From Octopus sinensis (Eukaryota): a stretch of 64,000 nt of DNA. The notes below the pieces were generated by a model. It saw only the letters and a list, made by a program, of their open reading frames with translations. It was not told the origin of the DNA and ran no database searches. The first letter of the stretch is position 1, and every line of letters begins with the position of its first letter. The position numbers were made by a program, and so were the translations under genes. This document shows, in pieces, positions 13,745 through 26,998 of this stretch. The stretch covers positions 169,508,001 to 169,572,000 of the forward strand of contig NC_042999.1 in NCBI RefSeq assembly GCF_006345805.1, in the 5' to 3' direction.

Positions 13745-14265
13745 AAGGTTATCTATTATTATTATTATTGAGTGAGAGAGCAGTTCATGCCATCAAAGTG
13801 ACACTGGGGTAAAATATACGAAGGCCAATATACCCATCATGACTACCCGTCTGATAAAGGTACACCAGGCACATGCATCACAACCATATGTACGCGACAT
13901 GGTGATCTCATATCAAGATAAACAGCACATGACCTTGCAGGTGGGGCCCAGTTAGAATTTTCTTCAGGTTGAGTAGCCCATCCCGCTCAAACGGTCCCTG
14001 AATAAGGGTTGTTTAAGGATGTTGAAAGAACCACCCATGTTTCCAGAGGTGAACTATTCAAACCCCAAAGAATCCCTCTCAACACATGGCTATGATGCTC
14101 CCCCACTACTTCTGCTCGTGATCAGAGATGCACATATCGTCAGCCACTAAGGGACATGCTCAACTGGTTAAGGTCAAACAACTGACAAGCAAATCTGTGG
14201 TATTGAGCAGAATATTTGCTGTAGCCCATCTTTTATATCAAGACAAAACAATGTACATGATAACA
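13745..14265 (-). mobile_element. Unclassified GC-richer interspersed element with (AAT)n tail
   Basis: Non-coding block of distinct composition ending on the minus strand in aataataataa; retroposon-like, family not assigned. Confidence 0.45.
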
Positions 14266-14297
14266 ATTCCATATTATTATTATTATTATTGTTGTTA

Positions 14298-14332
<35 letters not shown>

Positions 14333-17300
14333 GTTGTTGTTGTTGTTGTTATTATTGTTATTGTTATTATTTGTTTTCTAACTTGACTAGCTTATTTTTC
14401 TGTCTCTTTTACTCCTTAGGTCTTGACTGAAGCCATGAAAACCATGGAAACCAACAGTGCAAACCTCAAGGTGCCTCATTTCTCATTATCAAACTGGGCT
14501 GATACTGCAAACTCTTTAAAGTTGTCCTTTCAACAGCTTTCTTCTGTCACTGCCTTCTCTTGCTAAAACCTGGCTACTACCACAAGGCATTTCAAAGTGC
14601 CTCTGGCTGTTTAAACTGTTTGGAAATTTAACCAAACCTCTTTAAAACTATATAATTTGATTTACAAAATGTGAAGAAAAACAATTGCTGGGACTTCCAG
14701 TACATCTTGACAATTTTATGGTCTGCAAACACCACTTTGGTCCCATTCTTCTGTCTTTGTGTGATACACTTGTTACCATTAAACAATTTCTGAACTCCTT
14801 AATCTTTTGAATACAAAAAGTAAACTTTATATTACAAAGAAACAAGAAAAAAAAAAATTTATTTTTAATTGTAAAATAGTAAATGGTTTTATCTCAAAGA
14901 TTTTTAAATTTCCTGAAATTAAGACGATCTCAAATAAAATGGAAAATTTATATTTTAATTGAGAATCATCTAAAAGGTAAATCATTTTTTAATTCTCTTT
15001 GGATTTTAAATATTTTATTTTTACTCTTTTGGGAGTGGGGGAAATAAATTTATTTATCAAGATGTTGGTCAGCATGGTAAAATATATGTGGGAAGCAGGG
15101 AACTCTTGTAGTCTTCCAGTTGGATTGAGGATTAGAAAAAAAACATTCAGAAATTAGATTTATTTTAATAAACGTATAATTAGACTAAACATTAAAATTT
15201 AATCGCATGTCACATGCATACATATGTTAGTTTAATATGTTTTTATAGTCAGACAACAGATTGACTTTTCTCCCCCTTTTATTTTCCTATAAAATTTGAT
15301 TATTCTTCTATAGTAGAAAATCAAAACAGTCCACTTTCTATAACTTTAGTAACCAGCCTGTAATACAAAGAAGGCTACTAACCAGCTGCTGTCATTTTTA
15401 ATACAAATATATCTTTTTTTAATTACATGCATTAAATATTTTTACAATTTTTATAAACATTTTAAGCCATATTTGGTTGAAGGACTCAAGGGTTGGACTA
15501 CCAACCAGATACTCTACTCCAAATAACCCAGTGTATTTGATTGTAAATAGGTACTATAGAGAGTACTGCCAGAATTTGTAAGATTGGTGTTTTGTCTAGA
15601 GTGAGTGATTGAAATAGAAGTCATCTAATGTGTTCCATAACAATTAAACAGTGTTGATTAACATCCCCAATAAAGTTCATACTTCTTACAAAATTCTAAA
15701 TGGCACCATTTTTATATGTCACATATTTCACTCCCTATCTGACTAAATTCTACATGATCTTTGTTACACACAACTTTACAAAAGTCTAGATACTCTGCTG
15801 AGAGTAGGTATCACTATGAATTTTTGAAAATATTTCAATCTAACTTCTACTCAACATTTTTTTGGAGATTGTCTGAAAAGAAACATTTTGATGCTTCATT
15901 TGTGAAATTTGGATGAATATTTTAGGAGATATGACAATTTGAATAGTCAACAAATTAGTTGAAATCTTGCCTAATTGGTCTAAATGAATAATTAGCCATA
16001 TTTTTGAAACTGAGGTGATCATTTTCAAATTACACAAATTAATGGTGACCACAGGATAGCAGTTCCCTATTATCTTCAGGTTCTTGAAAACGAAGCTTTT
16101 TTTTAGCAACTTTCAAAATATTTATTCAAAGTCTATTTGTTGCATATAACAAACAGTTGATTTCACGGTGATCCAAAAGTACAAGTTACGGGGACTCGAG
16201 TTTTGTAATAGGTATAGAATTATATAAATACTGAAATTTGGGACATCATACCATTTCAATAAAATTTTGATAGACTATTAAAAGTGGCTATAAACAACAG
16301 AGTTTCGGATTATGATACCCACATAAATTGAGGATTTTTCCAATTTTTTTCCACCATTGCCTTGGAAATGATGGTGGAAGGAGGAAAGCTTTTTATGAAA
16401 AAAACTTTGGAAAATTTATTTTTTCCACCTCTTCCCCTTCACCCACCCTGGACTGATTTTGGCCAGTTTTTTTTTCTCTGCGCTATGCACTTAAGAAAAA
16501 TGAGCAAAGCTTTGCAGTAACAAAAAATTAAAATTTTGAAGATATTTTTAAATGGAAAGGTGTGTGATTTAAGAGAGATTTAGCTGTTGTTTCTAGCACA
16601 TCCCACAACCACCTGGTACCATTCTCAGAATTGATGTAGACTGATATCAAAACCAAGCAAAATGTGAAAACTAATTCCTTGCTTTAGCATTAAAACCATA
16701 AATTCAAGGCATTAAAAAGCATCTGTAACTCAGAGCAAACTCATTTGTAAGAGAGAGAGAAAAACCGAAAACAATTAGCACTACTTATGAAAGTGTAAAC
16801 ACTACCACAAATTATCCAACTGTATGTCAGTTTGACGAGTAGCATCAGTATGTGTTAACCCTATGCAAGCAGCCATAATAGTACTCTTTTTATTGACTCT
16901 ACACTTTTTTCGCCAACTTGTTGCCAGATTCAGCAATGGCTATATTGAATTTCTGAGAAATCTTATGGTATAAAAATCTTGGAGAAAATTTGTTCCCTTC
17001 TAAGTGAAAATTATTAACTAAATTTTCGTTTTTATAATTCATAACAATTATCTGGCCTACTCCTGTTGATTTTTATATCAAGGTAAAGCAAAAACTCTCC
17101 TTGTTATCATTTTCAACATGAATTGAGTTGTAAGTGCTCCAGCACCTGTTCAGAATTAATAATCAAAAACTGTATGAACTTTGTGAATGGATGAAAATAT
17201 CAGGGTTATTGAGAGAACTAGGCATGATATATAAGCATCAGATTTTGACTAAAAGTATACAAGAAGAAAGTTCACATCCAGAACTTTCAAATATATAATT

Positions 17301-18784
17301 GTCCACAGAAAAAAAAATATTTTGACATGAAAATGATGCAGCAAAAAGTGGAGTTTTGCGTGATCAAACTGTGCTTGTCTTCCTTCTGTCAAGCTCTGTA
17401 GTGATACCTACCGAGAGTGCATAAAAGGAAACAACACCTTTCTCCTTGCTCTCTCTGAATTAAACCAAGTAGAATATTTTTTGAAAAATTAATTCATCCA
17501 TTTGATATTTTACAAAAGGAATAATCAGCTGTTATAATTTTCAGTGAGGAATCTTTTCATAGAAGAAAACTCAGATTAGTGAACTACAAACTAAGAAGTT
17601 AATGATTCAGATCCTGCCATCAGTACTCCATTGTATCTGTGGCTATAACGTTTATCCCCTAATGATTCTAAATTCAGTTAAAATTAAAGTAGATGCTATA
17701 GGTGGCATAATCCATCAGGGTTATGCAGCATGAAATCGATAGATATTTCATTGACTTGTATCATCAAGTTCAATTTCTCTGATGGAAAAAGTTACTGCTT
17801 AACATTGCAGGAACAAAAAACCAGCACCAATTAAAAAAAAAAAAAACAGGCTTCTTCTCATTTAGCTATATCTGATAATTAAGCATTTAGTTGATAAAAC
17901 TGTTAACACAAGGAGGCTCATAAATTTAATTCTACTAAGATGCAGTTAAAATTATATCCAAACTACCATTTTAAAATTGTGATTTTCACATACCTCTTGA
18001 GATTTCTGCACTAAACCCAGGAATATTAAACACATTACCAACATATCATCCAGCTATAGATTTTATAAATTTTCTTTATATTAAGTTGGATCAGCTTCCA
18101 ACTTTCTGCCAAACTGTTTAGCATTATGTAAAATGCTTCTAGACTACATCGTGTAAGCATTTCATAATGTCCCACTGCTTCAGGATGGGAGTTATTCTCT
18201 TAATAGTCCCATTCCCATCACTTCCTTCCATCAAAGATATCTCGCTCTCAGAAATAGTTGAGGTATTATCAAGTCAATGTGGGTTATCGTCATTCTGTAT
18301 CATGTGAGCTATACACATACCCCACAATTCCGGGGATTTCCAGGAATGTTTCTAAGTTGAATGTTTTCATAGCTTATTCTCAAATTAAATCCAAGCTAAT
18401 TTTCGATTTTCGTTCTGGGAATAGCAAGCAATTTGTAGAAATTATAACATCCTGCCCCTCCTCCTTAGTTCTTCTAATGTTCTAACTGATCTACAATGTT
18501 TACAAGGGTTATCTCAATAACCATCCTTTTTACTAAAGCTTGCAAGCCAAATGATAAAAATGTTCATTTTAGCTGCTGCAATAGGTTGATAAAAATTTTT
18601 ACAGGGTATCTACAATTAAGTTCTATAGAAATCTCATTATACTTAGTCTGGTTGTTTTGAAATCAGAACCTTTTTGTTCTAAGACATATCTAAATTTTTA
18701 GAGCATTTCAACCTATGTGATAATGATCATGGAATTTTTAAAAGCTTTCAGAATGAACATTTCTTTAAGTCCTTCATCTATACC

Positions 18785-18787
<3 letters not shown>

Positions 18788-18860
<73 letters not shown>

Positions 18861-18982
18861 ATACATATGTGTATATAAATGTGTATATATGTGTATATAA
18901 ATATGTATATATATATATATATATATGTATGTGTATATATATATGTATATATATAAATATATGTATGTATATGTGTGTGTGT

Positions 18983-19018
<36 letters not shown>

Positions 19019-19276
19019 CTATTTTAAAATGTTTCAGCTGCAAAGCTGTGGTCATGCTGGAGCACCATTGTTGACTGTGCTACACCATTATATGGAACCT
19101 CCTCTGGTATGTGGCATTTGGTAAATGAGGGAGTCTGATGCTGCTGCCCTCATCTGTGTTTCTGCTGTGAGGTAGGCTTGTCTGGAACCCGTAACAGGAA
19201 GAGATCTAGATTTGTTTTCAAGACACATCCACACCATGCACATATATATATGTGTGTGTGTATATGTATATATATA

Positions 19277-19339
<63 letters not shown>

Positions 19340-19430
19340 GTATGTATGTGTGTATGTATATATATGTATGTATGTGTGTATGTATATATATGTATGTATG
19401 TGTGTGTATATATATATATGTATGTGTGTG

Positions 19431-19471
<41 letters not shown>

Positions 19472-19536
19472 GTATGTATGTGTGTGTATATATATATATA
19501 TGTATGTGTGTGTATATATATATGTATGTGTGTATG

Positions 19537-19605
<69 letters not shown>

Positions 19606-19700
19606 GTGTATATATATATATATGTATGTATGTGTGTATATATATATATATATGTATGTGTGTATATATATATATATATATGTATGTATTTATGTGTGTG

Positions 19701-19731
<31 letters not shown>

Positions 19732-19772
19732 GTGTATATATATATATATATATGTATGTATTTATGTGTGTG

Positions 19773-19837
<65 letters not shown>

Positions 19838-19880
19838 TTATGTGTGTGTATATATATATATATATATATGTATGTATTTA

Positions 19881-19921
<41 letters not shown>

Positions 19922-19924
19922 TTA

Positions 19925-19971
<47 letters not shown>

Positions 19972-19985
19972 TGTATGTGTGTGTG

Positions 19986-20020
<35 letters not shown>

Positions 20021-20035
20021 ATACATATGTATGTA

Positions 20036-20084
<49 letters not shown>

Positions 20085-20098
20085 ATATATATATATAT
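18788..20098. repeat. Two compound (TA)n/(TATG)n/(TG)n microsatellite arrays (18788-19018 and 19245-20098)
   Basis: Directly visible; higher-order units such as (ta)n-tgtatgtatttatgtgtgtg recur in the second array. Confidence 0.95.
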
Positions 20099-20730
20099 TC
20101 CTTTCTTCAAAGTTAAGACTTCATTCCATTACTGCTTTAAGGTTTCTGATTCTGTTCTTAATAGTGACTCCTTCCAAATTTATAAATACACACACACACA
20201 CACACACACACATGCACATTTAGTTGTATAAATGACAGAGAGAAAAAACACAATATATGTAGAATTTATTCATATATTCAAAGCTGACACTTCACTGTTG
20301 CCATTTGAGATTTCCTTTAATTTTGTGTCCTATAAGTGAAGCTTCAGCTTCAAATGAATCTATAGTGATATGATTTTTCAGCATAGAATGAAAATATCTT
20401 AAGAAATCTTTGGTAAATTCCACCAGACGATAAGAAAAGGAAATGTCTTTGTTGTGTTTTGTAAGAAATAAATGAATGTCTCACTCATATTAACCAACCC
20501 AGTCAAAATTTTCTGCAGGATGTGTGATAAGACAAAATATTTTATTTTGATTATTTGCTTTCCAAATGTTTGAAAGTTTTATTTCAATAGTTTGATACTA
20601 GAATTAATAAAAAGATTTTAAAATTTATTTTTCGTGTCAGTTTTATTTATTTTGGAACACTTTTCTGGTATAAAATTACTTTAAAAACTCTTTGAGTGGA
20701 AAATATTTTTCTACATAACATGAAATTTTC

Positions 20731-20940
20731 GTATTGAAGGAACTAGAAAAAAAGCCGTAAACAACAGAAAAACACAAAACCGTTGTAAAAGTAAATAAGA
20801 AATTTTTACAGAAAATAAAGTATTAAACGGTTTGAAGCGCAATTTGTCAGTGAACCAAAGAGCCAGTATCGAAGGAACTAGAAAAAAAGCCGTAAACAAC
20901 AGAAAAACACAAAACCGTTGTAAAAGTAAATAAGAAATTT
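20731..20940. repeat. 75-bp direct repeat (20731-20805 and 20866-20940)
   Basis: gtat(t/c)gaaggaactagaaaaaaagccgtaaacaacag...aagaaattt occurs twice, 135 bp apart, with 1 mismatch. Confidence 0.9.
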
Positions 20941-21159
20941 GTAGGCAAATTTAACGAAGTGTACGGATTGAAGTGAAATTTATGAAGTTGCTTCTGTCAG
21001 TAAGTTATGTATGAACGTCACTGACGCTAGAAAACCGGAAGTAAATATTTTTAAACTTTCAAAGACGTGACTCTAATATAAAAAGCAATATTTTTTATGA
21101 CCGATGGCTGTACGGGAGACAATCAATTTCTGAAAGTTACTTCGCAAAGAGTTACCTCC

Positions 21160-21335
21160 CTTCTCCACGTAACCCAGGACCGGGTATTTTCTGCTCCCAG
21201 GCGTCCCGCTACTCATTTTAAGAGTCTAAAACCATCCCTGGAACATAAATAATGCATGTTCCCAATTTGGCGAAAATCAGTTGAAAAATACAGCCGTTAT
21301 AATCTTTTACATACACACACAGAACGGGATGTATA
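21160..21335 (+). mobile_element. Helentron/DINE-like non-autonomous element fragment
   Basis: aaaaccatccctgg...cccaatttggcgaaaatcagttgaaaaatacagccgtt...acatacacacacaga resembles the core of such elements (pattern recognition only). Confidence 0.4.
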
Positions 21336-21719
21336 TATATGTATGTATATATATATATATATATACTGAGAGAGAGAGAGACAGAGACAGACAGACAGAC
21401 AGACAGATTGGCAAACTTTAGGTTAGTTAAAATAGGTTTGTGACATATTTCAACTTCTAAAGACAAACTCACTGCAGTTACCATGGAGAAAACATTCTCT
21501 CATTGTAAAAAAGTATAAAAACACCGTATCTGTCCTATGCTGTCCCCTCTCGGGTTTCCAGACGCGTTTCTAGCTCTTTAGCCATTATCAAGGGGGAAAA
21601 CAGAAGAGAGACAACTCTGGATAGACATAATTAAATCCATAGCTTTAAGTAAAACAGTCCACAACATTGAGTTGTGCCATTAGACTGCCAGTTCGGAAAA
21701 TATTACAGCACCAAGCAGT

Positions 21720-24700
21720 GTTTAGGCACATTCCCTTTCGTCTATGCAGACGGTCAAGTTAGCTTAGAGATCACTTAACTGAACATATCAGGGGGTCCTT
21801 TTCTTGCAGCTTCTTTTATGGCTGATTCTTCCTATGATTGAAGCGCAGCTTCTGTCACAGTACTTGCATACCAAGAAGGTGGCTCTGTTGTGCTCCTTTC
21901 GCCGCTGACACTTTTCAACTTGTGTGTTTCTGTAGCTGATCTCCAGCGAAGCAGTTCCTTCCTTCACCACAGTCCTCCATGTTGTTCTCTCCTCAGCCCT
22001 CTCTTCCCAGCTGCTGACATCCACCTCACACTTGGACAAACTAGTTTTGCAAGTGTCCATATACCTCAGTTTTGGTCTTCCTCTTGGTCTCTTGCACTGG
22101 GCCAGTTCTCCATAGAGTAGTTGCTTTGGGATTCGATGGTCATCCATTCTCCTGATAGGCCCCAGTCACCTTAATCTTCTCATACACAAAATAGCTGTCA
22201 TGCTTTAAAGATTCGCCTGCGCCAGCACTTCAACATTGGTGACCTTGTTGCGCCATGTGAGGCCTAAGATCTTGCGGAGACATCTTACATGGAAAATGCC
22301 AAGGTACCTTTCCTGTCTGCTGTACAAGGTCCATGTTTCAGATCCATAGAGGAGTGTGCTGAGAACACATGCTGGGTATCTTGGTGGATTCCTCCTTTTC
22401 GCCTTCGGCCCAGTGCGTCCATGCTGCCAACAAAGCATGCGGAATTCTGTTCTTGATTCGACGGTCATTCGGAATGCTCACAGCAGCCATATTACTACCA
22501 CTCTATGTCACGCTGGTGAGACCCATATTGGAGTACGGGATTCAAGCCTCTTCTCCTTATCTCCTCAAAGACATACAGCATCTCGAAAGAGTCCAGAGGC
22601 TGGCTACCCGCATGGTTCATGGTCTCAAAAATTTTTCCTACGAAGAAAGGCTGAGGACGCTCGACCTTTATTCTCTAGAAAAACGCCGCCGCCGTGGTGA
22701 TCTCATTCTCGCCCACAACATCATAAGCGGAAAGTGTAACCTCTCGAAAGAGATGTTCTTCACTCCTGCTCCAGAGCGTCGGCTGCGGGGTCATTCCGAA
22801 AAGCTCTACCTGCGACAATTTCATCTCAATCGAAGGAGAGGAGCTTTCTCCATCCGGGTTGCAGATCCGTGGAACAAGCTGCCAGACGAGATGGTGAAGA
22901 TGCCGACGACCGCTTTGTTCAAAGATCCAGTGGCCTGAACTCTTTACATGAACACCACCCTGTACTTAACTCCATGTGCCCCTACATGGCCTTGCTATTT
23001 GCTTTTGAGCCAAATTAACTAACTAACTAACATAAATCCTGATCTTTGTCTTGGTGTCTAGTCTCTTGGTCTTCCATACTCGTTTTGTCAGCCTTCCAAA
23101 AGTTGTTGCTGCCTTCCCTATCCTGACATTAATCTCATCAAGTGAAGCAGAAGAGGAAATGGTAGACCCTAGATAGCAGAACCTGTCCACTGTCTCAAGC
23201 TATCTGATATTAAACCGTCAAGCTGAATGGTGGCCTCCATGTCATCATGGAACGAAACAATGTGCTGCTGCAGTATTGGGGGACAGCCACATTTCCCAAG
23301 CACCATGTACAGTCCTGATCTGCTGATTGTATCAAATGCCTTTGTCAGATCGACAAATGCTATATTTAGTGGGAATCGCTGCTCCCTGCATTTTTCTTGT
23401 AGTTGACGAATGGAGAAGATCATATCCATTGTTGAGCAGTTGGATCTAAAGCCGCACTGGCTCTCTGGTAGTACTCTTTCTGCTGGCTTCTGAAGTCGTT
23501 TCAGAATGATCCTCGCAAAAGCTTTTCCAATGATGCTCAGAAGTGAGATGCCTCTGTAGTTATTGCAATCTCCCTTGTCCCCTTTATTTTTGTAGAGTGA
23601 GGATCTTGGGATCTCTCATATCTTGTGGAAGTTTTACTTCCAATCAACACATCTTTAGTAACTTGTATAAATGTGGAAGGAGGGCATCTTTTTCCTCTTT
23701 CAACACTTCAGCAGGTATATTGTCATTTCCGGGTGCTTTTCCGCTTGCAAGTTCATCGATTGCAGTGGAGAGTTCTTCTTCCGTTGGTGGTATATCATGT
23801 TCTGTCATTTCGGGGAGCTGAGGAATGGCCTCATCAAGCTGTCCATCAACAACTCGCTCCTTTGTGTACAATTTAGAGTAATGTTCAACCATTTTTTTCT
23901 TCTTGTCCGTCAGCTAGTTACCTGTTGCAGACTTCAGGGGTGCCACTTTACTCACTGTTGGTCCGATAGCAACTCTGATCTTCTCATATATTTTCCTGAT
24001 GTTACCCATGTCACTCGCCTGTTGAACTTCTAAGCATAATTTATCCCAGTACTGGGTGGCACATTTTCTAGTTTCTTTTTGAAGGTTGGATTATGCAGCA
24101 CGTAGTTTTTGCTTCCTACTTTCTGTTAGCTTTCTCTTGTGCTTTATGAAAATCTCGCGCATTTTCTCAAGTAATGGCATTAGTATTGCTGCATTGGCTT
24201 CGATCCAGCCCTCCTTGGAAAGTCGGTCCGTTCCAAAGGCCCTCGACGCAGAATCATATATTGCTGATTTCATGTTGTTCTACATGGCGTCAGGGGATGA
24301 GCTATCTAAGTTTTGGAGCTGTTCTTCAGCATATTCTTGAAATTTGGGTGTCATCGCTGGATTTTGGGTGTTTTTTTGTGTTGGTCTTAGATTTCTGTGT
24401 TTTTTCGGCTCTTGGTGCTTTCTTTGTGACCATCTTTACCTTTTCTATAACCATCAGATGATTTCTGTTACAGTCTGCACTGTGGAAGAATCTGGTTTGC
24501 TTTACAGTGTTTACATCATTCTTTGAGACGATGACGAAGTCAATCTGGTGCCAATGACCTTATCTTGGATAGCACCAAAAAACTTTATGCTGGTTTTTAC
24601 CATTGTAGAAGGTGTTTGCAATGCACAGGTTGTTATTTGTGCAGAATTCTAAGAGTCTCTGGCCATTCTCGTTGATTTTCCCCAGTCCAAACTGTCCAAG

Positions 24701-25750
24701 GCAGTTGGGCCATGCTTGGTGATCAGCGCCTACTCTTCAATTGAAATCGCCCACGAGAAACAGTTGATCTTCCCTTGAAACACTGTTGATCACATTCTTA
24801 AGTTCCTCGTACAACTGCTCTTTCTTCTCATTTTCTGCTGTTAGAATCGGGGCATAGGCACTAATAAATGGGCCCTTCCAGTTTTAGTCCCCACTTCCAT
24901 GATAGTGATGCGCTCAGATATGCCTCGAGGAGTACTGAGCTTGTTAAGCAATGTTGTATACTGCGAACCCCTCACCTTGGATTCTCCTCTCATCTTCTCC
25001 AAGACCCTTCCAGAAGAATGTGTGATTTCTTCCCTTAATGGAACCAGAGTCAGCCGTGTGAGCTCCCTGTCAATGATTGCCATTTACTTGCTGTCCTCTG
25101 TTTTGTCCAGGTCAGTAATGTCCATTCCAGTTGTCATTGTTCTGACATTCCAGGTCTCCAGTTTCAATTTTCTTCCTCTTTCGCCAGGTGCTGCACTTTA
25201 CGTCTGCTTTACGGTTTTTGTCCTAGCTCCATACACCCTTAGCAGCGGACAGACGCGGTGGATCAGCACCTTACTGACTGGGCACTGCCCAGTTTAAGAT
25301 GAGCGGTAGCTGATCAGTGCGATTGAATAATCATTCCCATCGTCGAAGATGACCCATGGCGACATCCCGCTTCACTAAATAAGGATGCCGTATAACCCGT
25401 AATCTGCCACTCCCGTGTTGTTTCCCTTGCTTGTTACAGCAAGAATGAAGCATCCTCTCCATATGCTCTCCTTTTTTTTTCTTTTTTTTTTGCAGCATCC
25501 TCCCAGAAATTCTAAGTCCTTAGCTAAACTAAATGCCTAGGCTCTGAATGTATGGAGGACGTGCCTTACCCAATTTGCACGATCCCCCTCTCGACTTCCC
25601 TGATTTAGTCCAAAGGAGAGACAAGGTCAATACATTTGGAACCAGCAAAGTTGCAGGGGCTGCCAGAAGATAGTTTCGATCACTCCTCCCCATCAACTGC
25701 CTTAGGGGGTCCTCCCACTGGATTTTCTGTTTGGATTTACTCCCTTAGCC
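21720..25750 (-). mobile_element. Near full-length decayed RTE LINE (5' UTR, APE, RT, C-terminal zinc-finger-like end), split by a CR1
   Basis: LETWNVRT, AYAP, GDFN, GKAPGNDNIPAE, NYRGISLL, ESQCGFR, AFVDLTKAFD, YLGS, LYGSETW, RIPKQLLYGEL, CKYCDRSCASIIGRISHKRSC. Confidence 0.92.
22372..23031 (+). mobile_element. Young 5'-truncated CR1-clade LINE inserted into the RTE
   Basis: Uninterrupted ORF LGILVD...LVRPILEY...LERVQRLATRMV...YEERL..L...LEKRRRRGDLI...FSIRVADPWNKLP; (AACT)n tail at 23016-23031. Confidence 0.93.
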
Positions 25751-26002
25751 TTTCATACTGTTGTATGTGTCTATAAGGCAGCAGGAACAGCCGCAGGTTG
25801 TATTATCTACTGTCTCTTTGGTAGCAGCACTAGTCTGACCTGACACACACACACACACACACACACACAAGGATATATATAAATAATAAAAAACAAAGTG
25901 TAAAATGATATATATATAAAGATATGCCATTGAGAAATAGAAGATATATATATATACATAAAAGTAAAAATATATAAGTAGAAATATAATTTGAAATATG
26001 AC

Positions 26003-26048
<46 letters not shown>

Positions 26049-26641
26049 ATCACCTTGATCACCTTGACCGACCAGTCCGTCAGGCGTCCATTTGACACCG
26101 CTGGTCACAGCATGCTGTCCACTCTTCTCTGGATTGCACCTTTCTCATCCACGTGATCCCAATCATCCTCCTGAAATCGTAACTCCACCGTCGTGGAGGT
26201 CTTCCGGGTGGTCTTTTCCGCTCGCGCGGGTACCACTCGACAACTGCGTGGGTCCACCGATTATCAGTGAGCCGGGCGACGTGTCCAGCCCATCTATATT
26301 TGCTGCGTGTATACTCTACGATGACATCTCTCATGCCGGTCTTCTTTCTGATGATCTCGCTACTGATGTGCTCTCTCAACGAGATACCAAGCATTGACCT
26401 TTTCATGGCTCTTTGAGCCGTTACCAGTCTTTGCTCTTCTCTCTTTGTGGTAGCCCATGTTTCACTACCATATAACATTGCAGGCAGAACTGCACTGTTG
26501 ATGAGGTTGGCGCGGGTTGTCCTGTCCAACCTTCTCTTGAGCACATCCCTTATGCCATTGAACGCCTTCCATCTGGCCCTTACTCTCCGTGAGATCTCCT
26601 TTTCGATATCTTGGCACATATTCACTTCCTGTCCCAGGTAG

Positions 26642-26646
<5 letters not shown>
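26049..26646 (-). mobile_element. Young 5'-truncated RTE LINE of a distinct subfamily
   Basis: Open frame YLGQEVN...EISRRVRARWKAF...VLPAMLYGSETW...RWAGHVAR..DNRWT...RPPGRPPRRW; 3' tail caaggtgat x2 then (ATAC)n. Confidence 0.92.
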
Positions 26647-26672
<26 letters not shown>

Positions 26673-26681
26673 TTTACATAC

Positions 26682-26960
26682 ATGTGAGACAGCAGGCATA
26701 TGGGTCGGTAGATCTAAAGAACTACAGACCCATATGCCTGCTGTCTCACATATATGTATATATGACCGCGTGTGTACCGTTGGCGATTTTTTTTCCTCTG
26801 TCTTCCCTGAATCTTTCCTTTTCCTATGTTTCTGACGAAGAGCTCCGCTCGAAACGTTAAACCCTCCTTCTTCCCTTCCTTTCTGAGCGTCCAATAATAC
26901 TATATTTGTTCCACGTCCTCGCGTTGTTGTGTTTTCTCTTGTGTTTTCATGTTTGGATTA

Positions 26961-26965
<5 letters not shown>
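26682..26965 (+). mobile_element. Penelope-like terminal-repeat remnant with hairpin and hammerhead motif
   Basis: 25-bp perfect inverted repeat, then CTGACGA-A-GAGC-TCC-GCTC-GAAACGTT; flanked by (TA)n. Confidence 0.6.
26828..26862 (+). ncRNA. Minimal type I hammerhead ribozyme motif
   Basis: Stem I GUUU/AAAC, core CUGACGA plus extra A, stem II GAGC/GCUC, GAAA, palindromic stem III ACGU, predicted cleavage after U26858. Confidence 0.65.

Positions 26966-26998
<33 letters not shown>

Noticed and set aside
17900-18500. Minus-strand LDDMLV resembling an LTR/DIRS RT YxDD motif
   Set aside because: Preceding residue is out of frame and no other RT motifs line up.
20843-20855. 13-nt match tttgtcagtgaac to the start of the G3:C8 hammerhead
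   Set aside because: No stem II, GAAA or stem I partner follows; likely coincidence.
24086-25297. Plus-strand ORFs overlapping the RTE, and similar antisense ORFs at 22356, 26092, 29592, 30588, 44925 and 45550
   Set aside because: Antisense shadows of LINE coding sequence.
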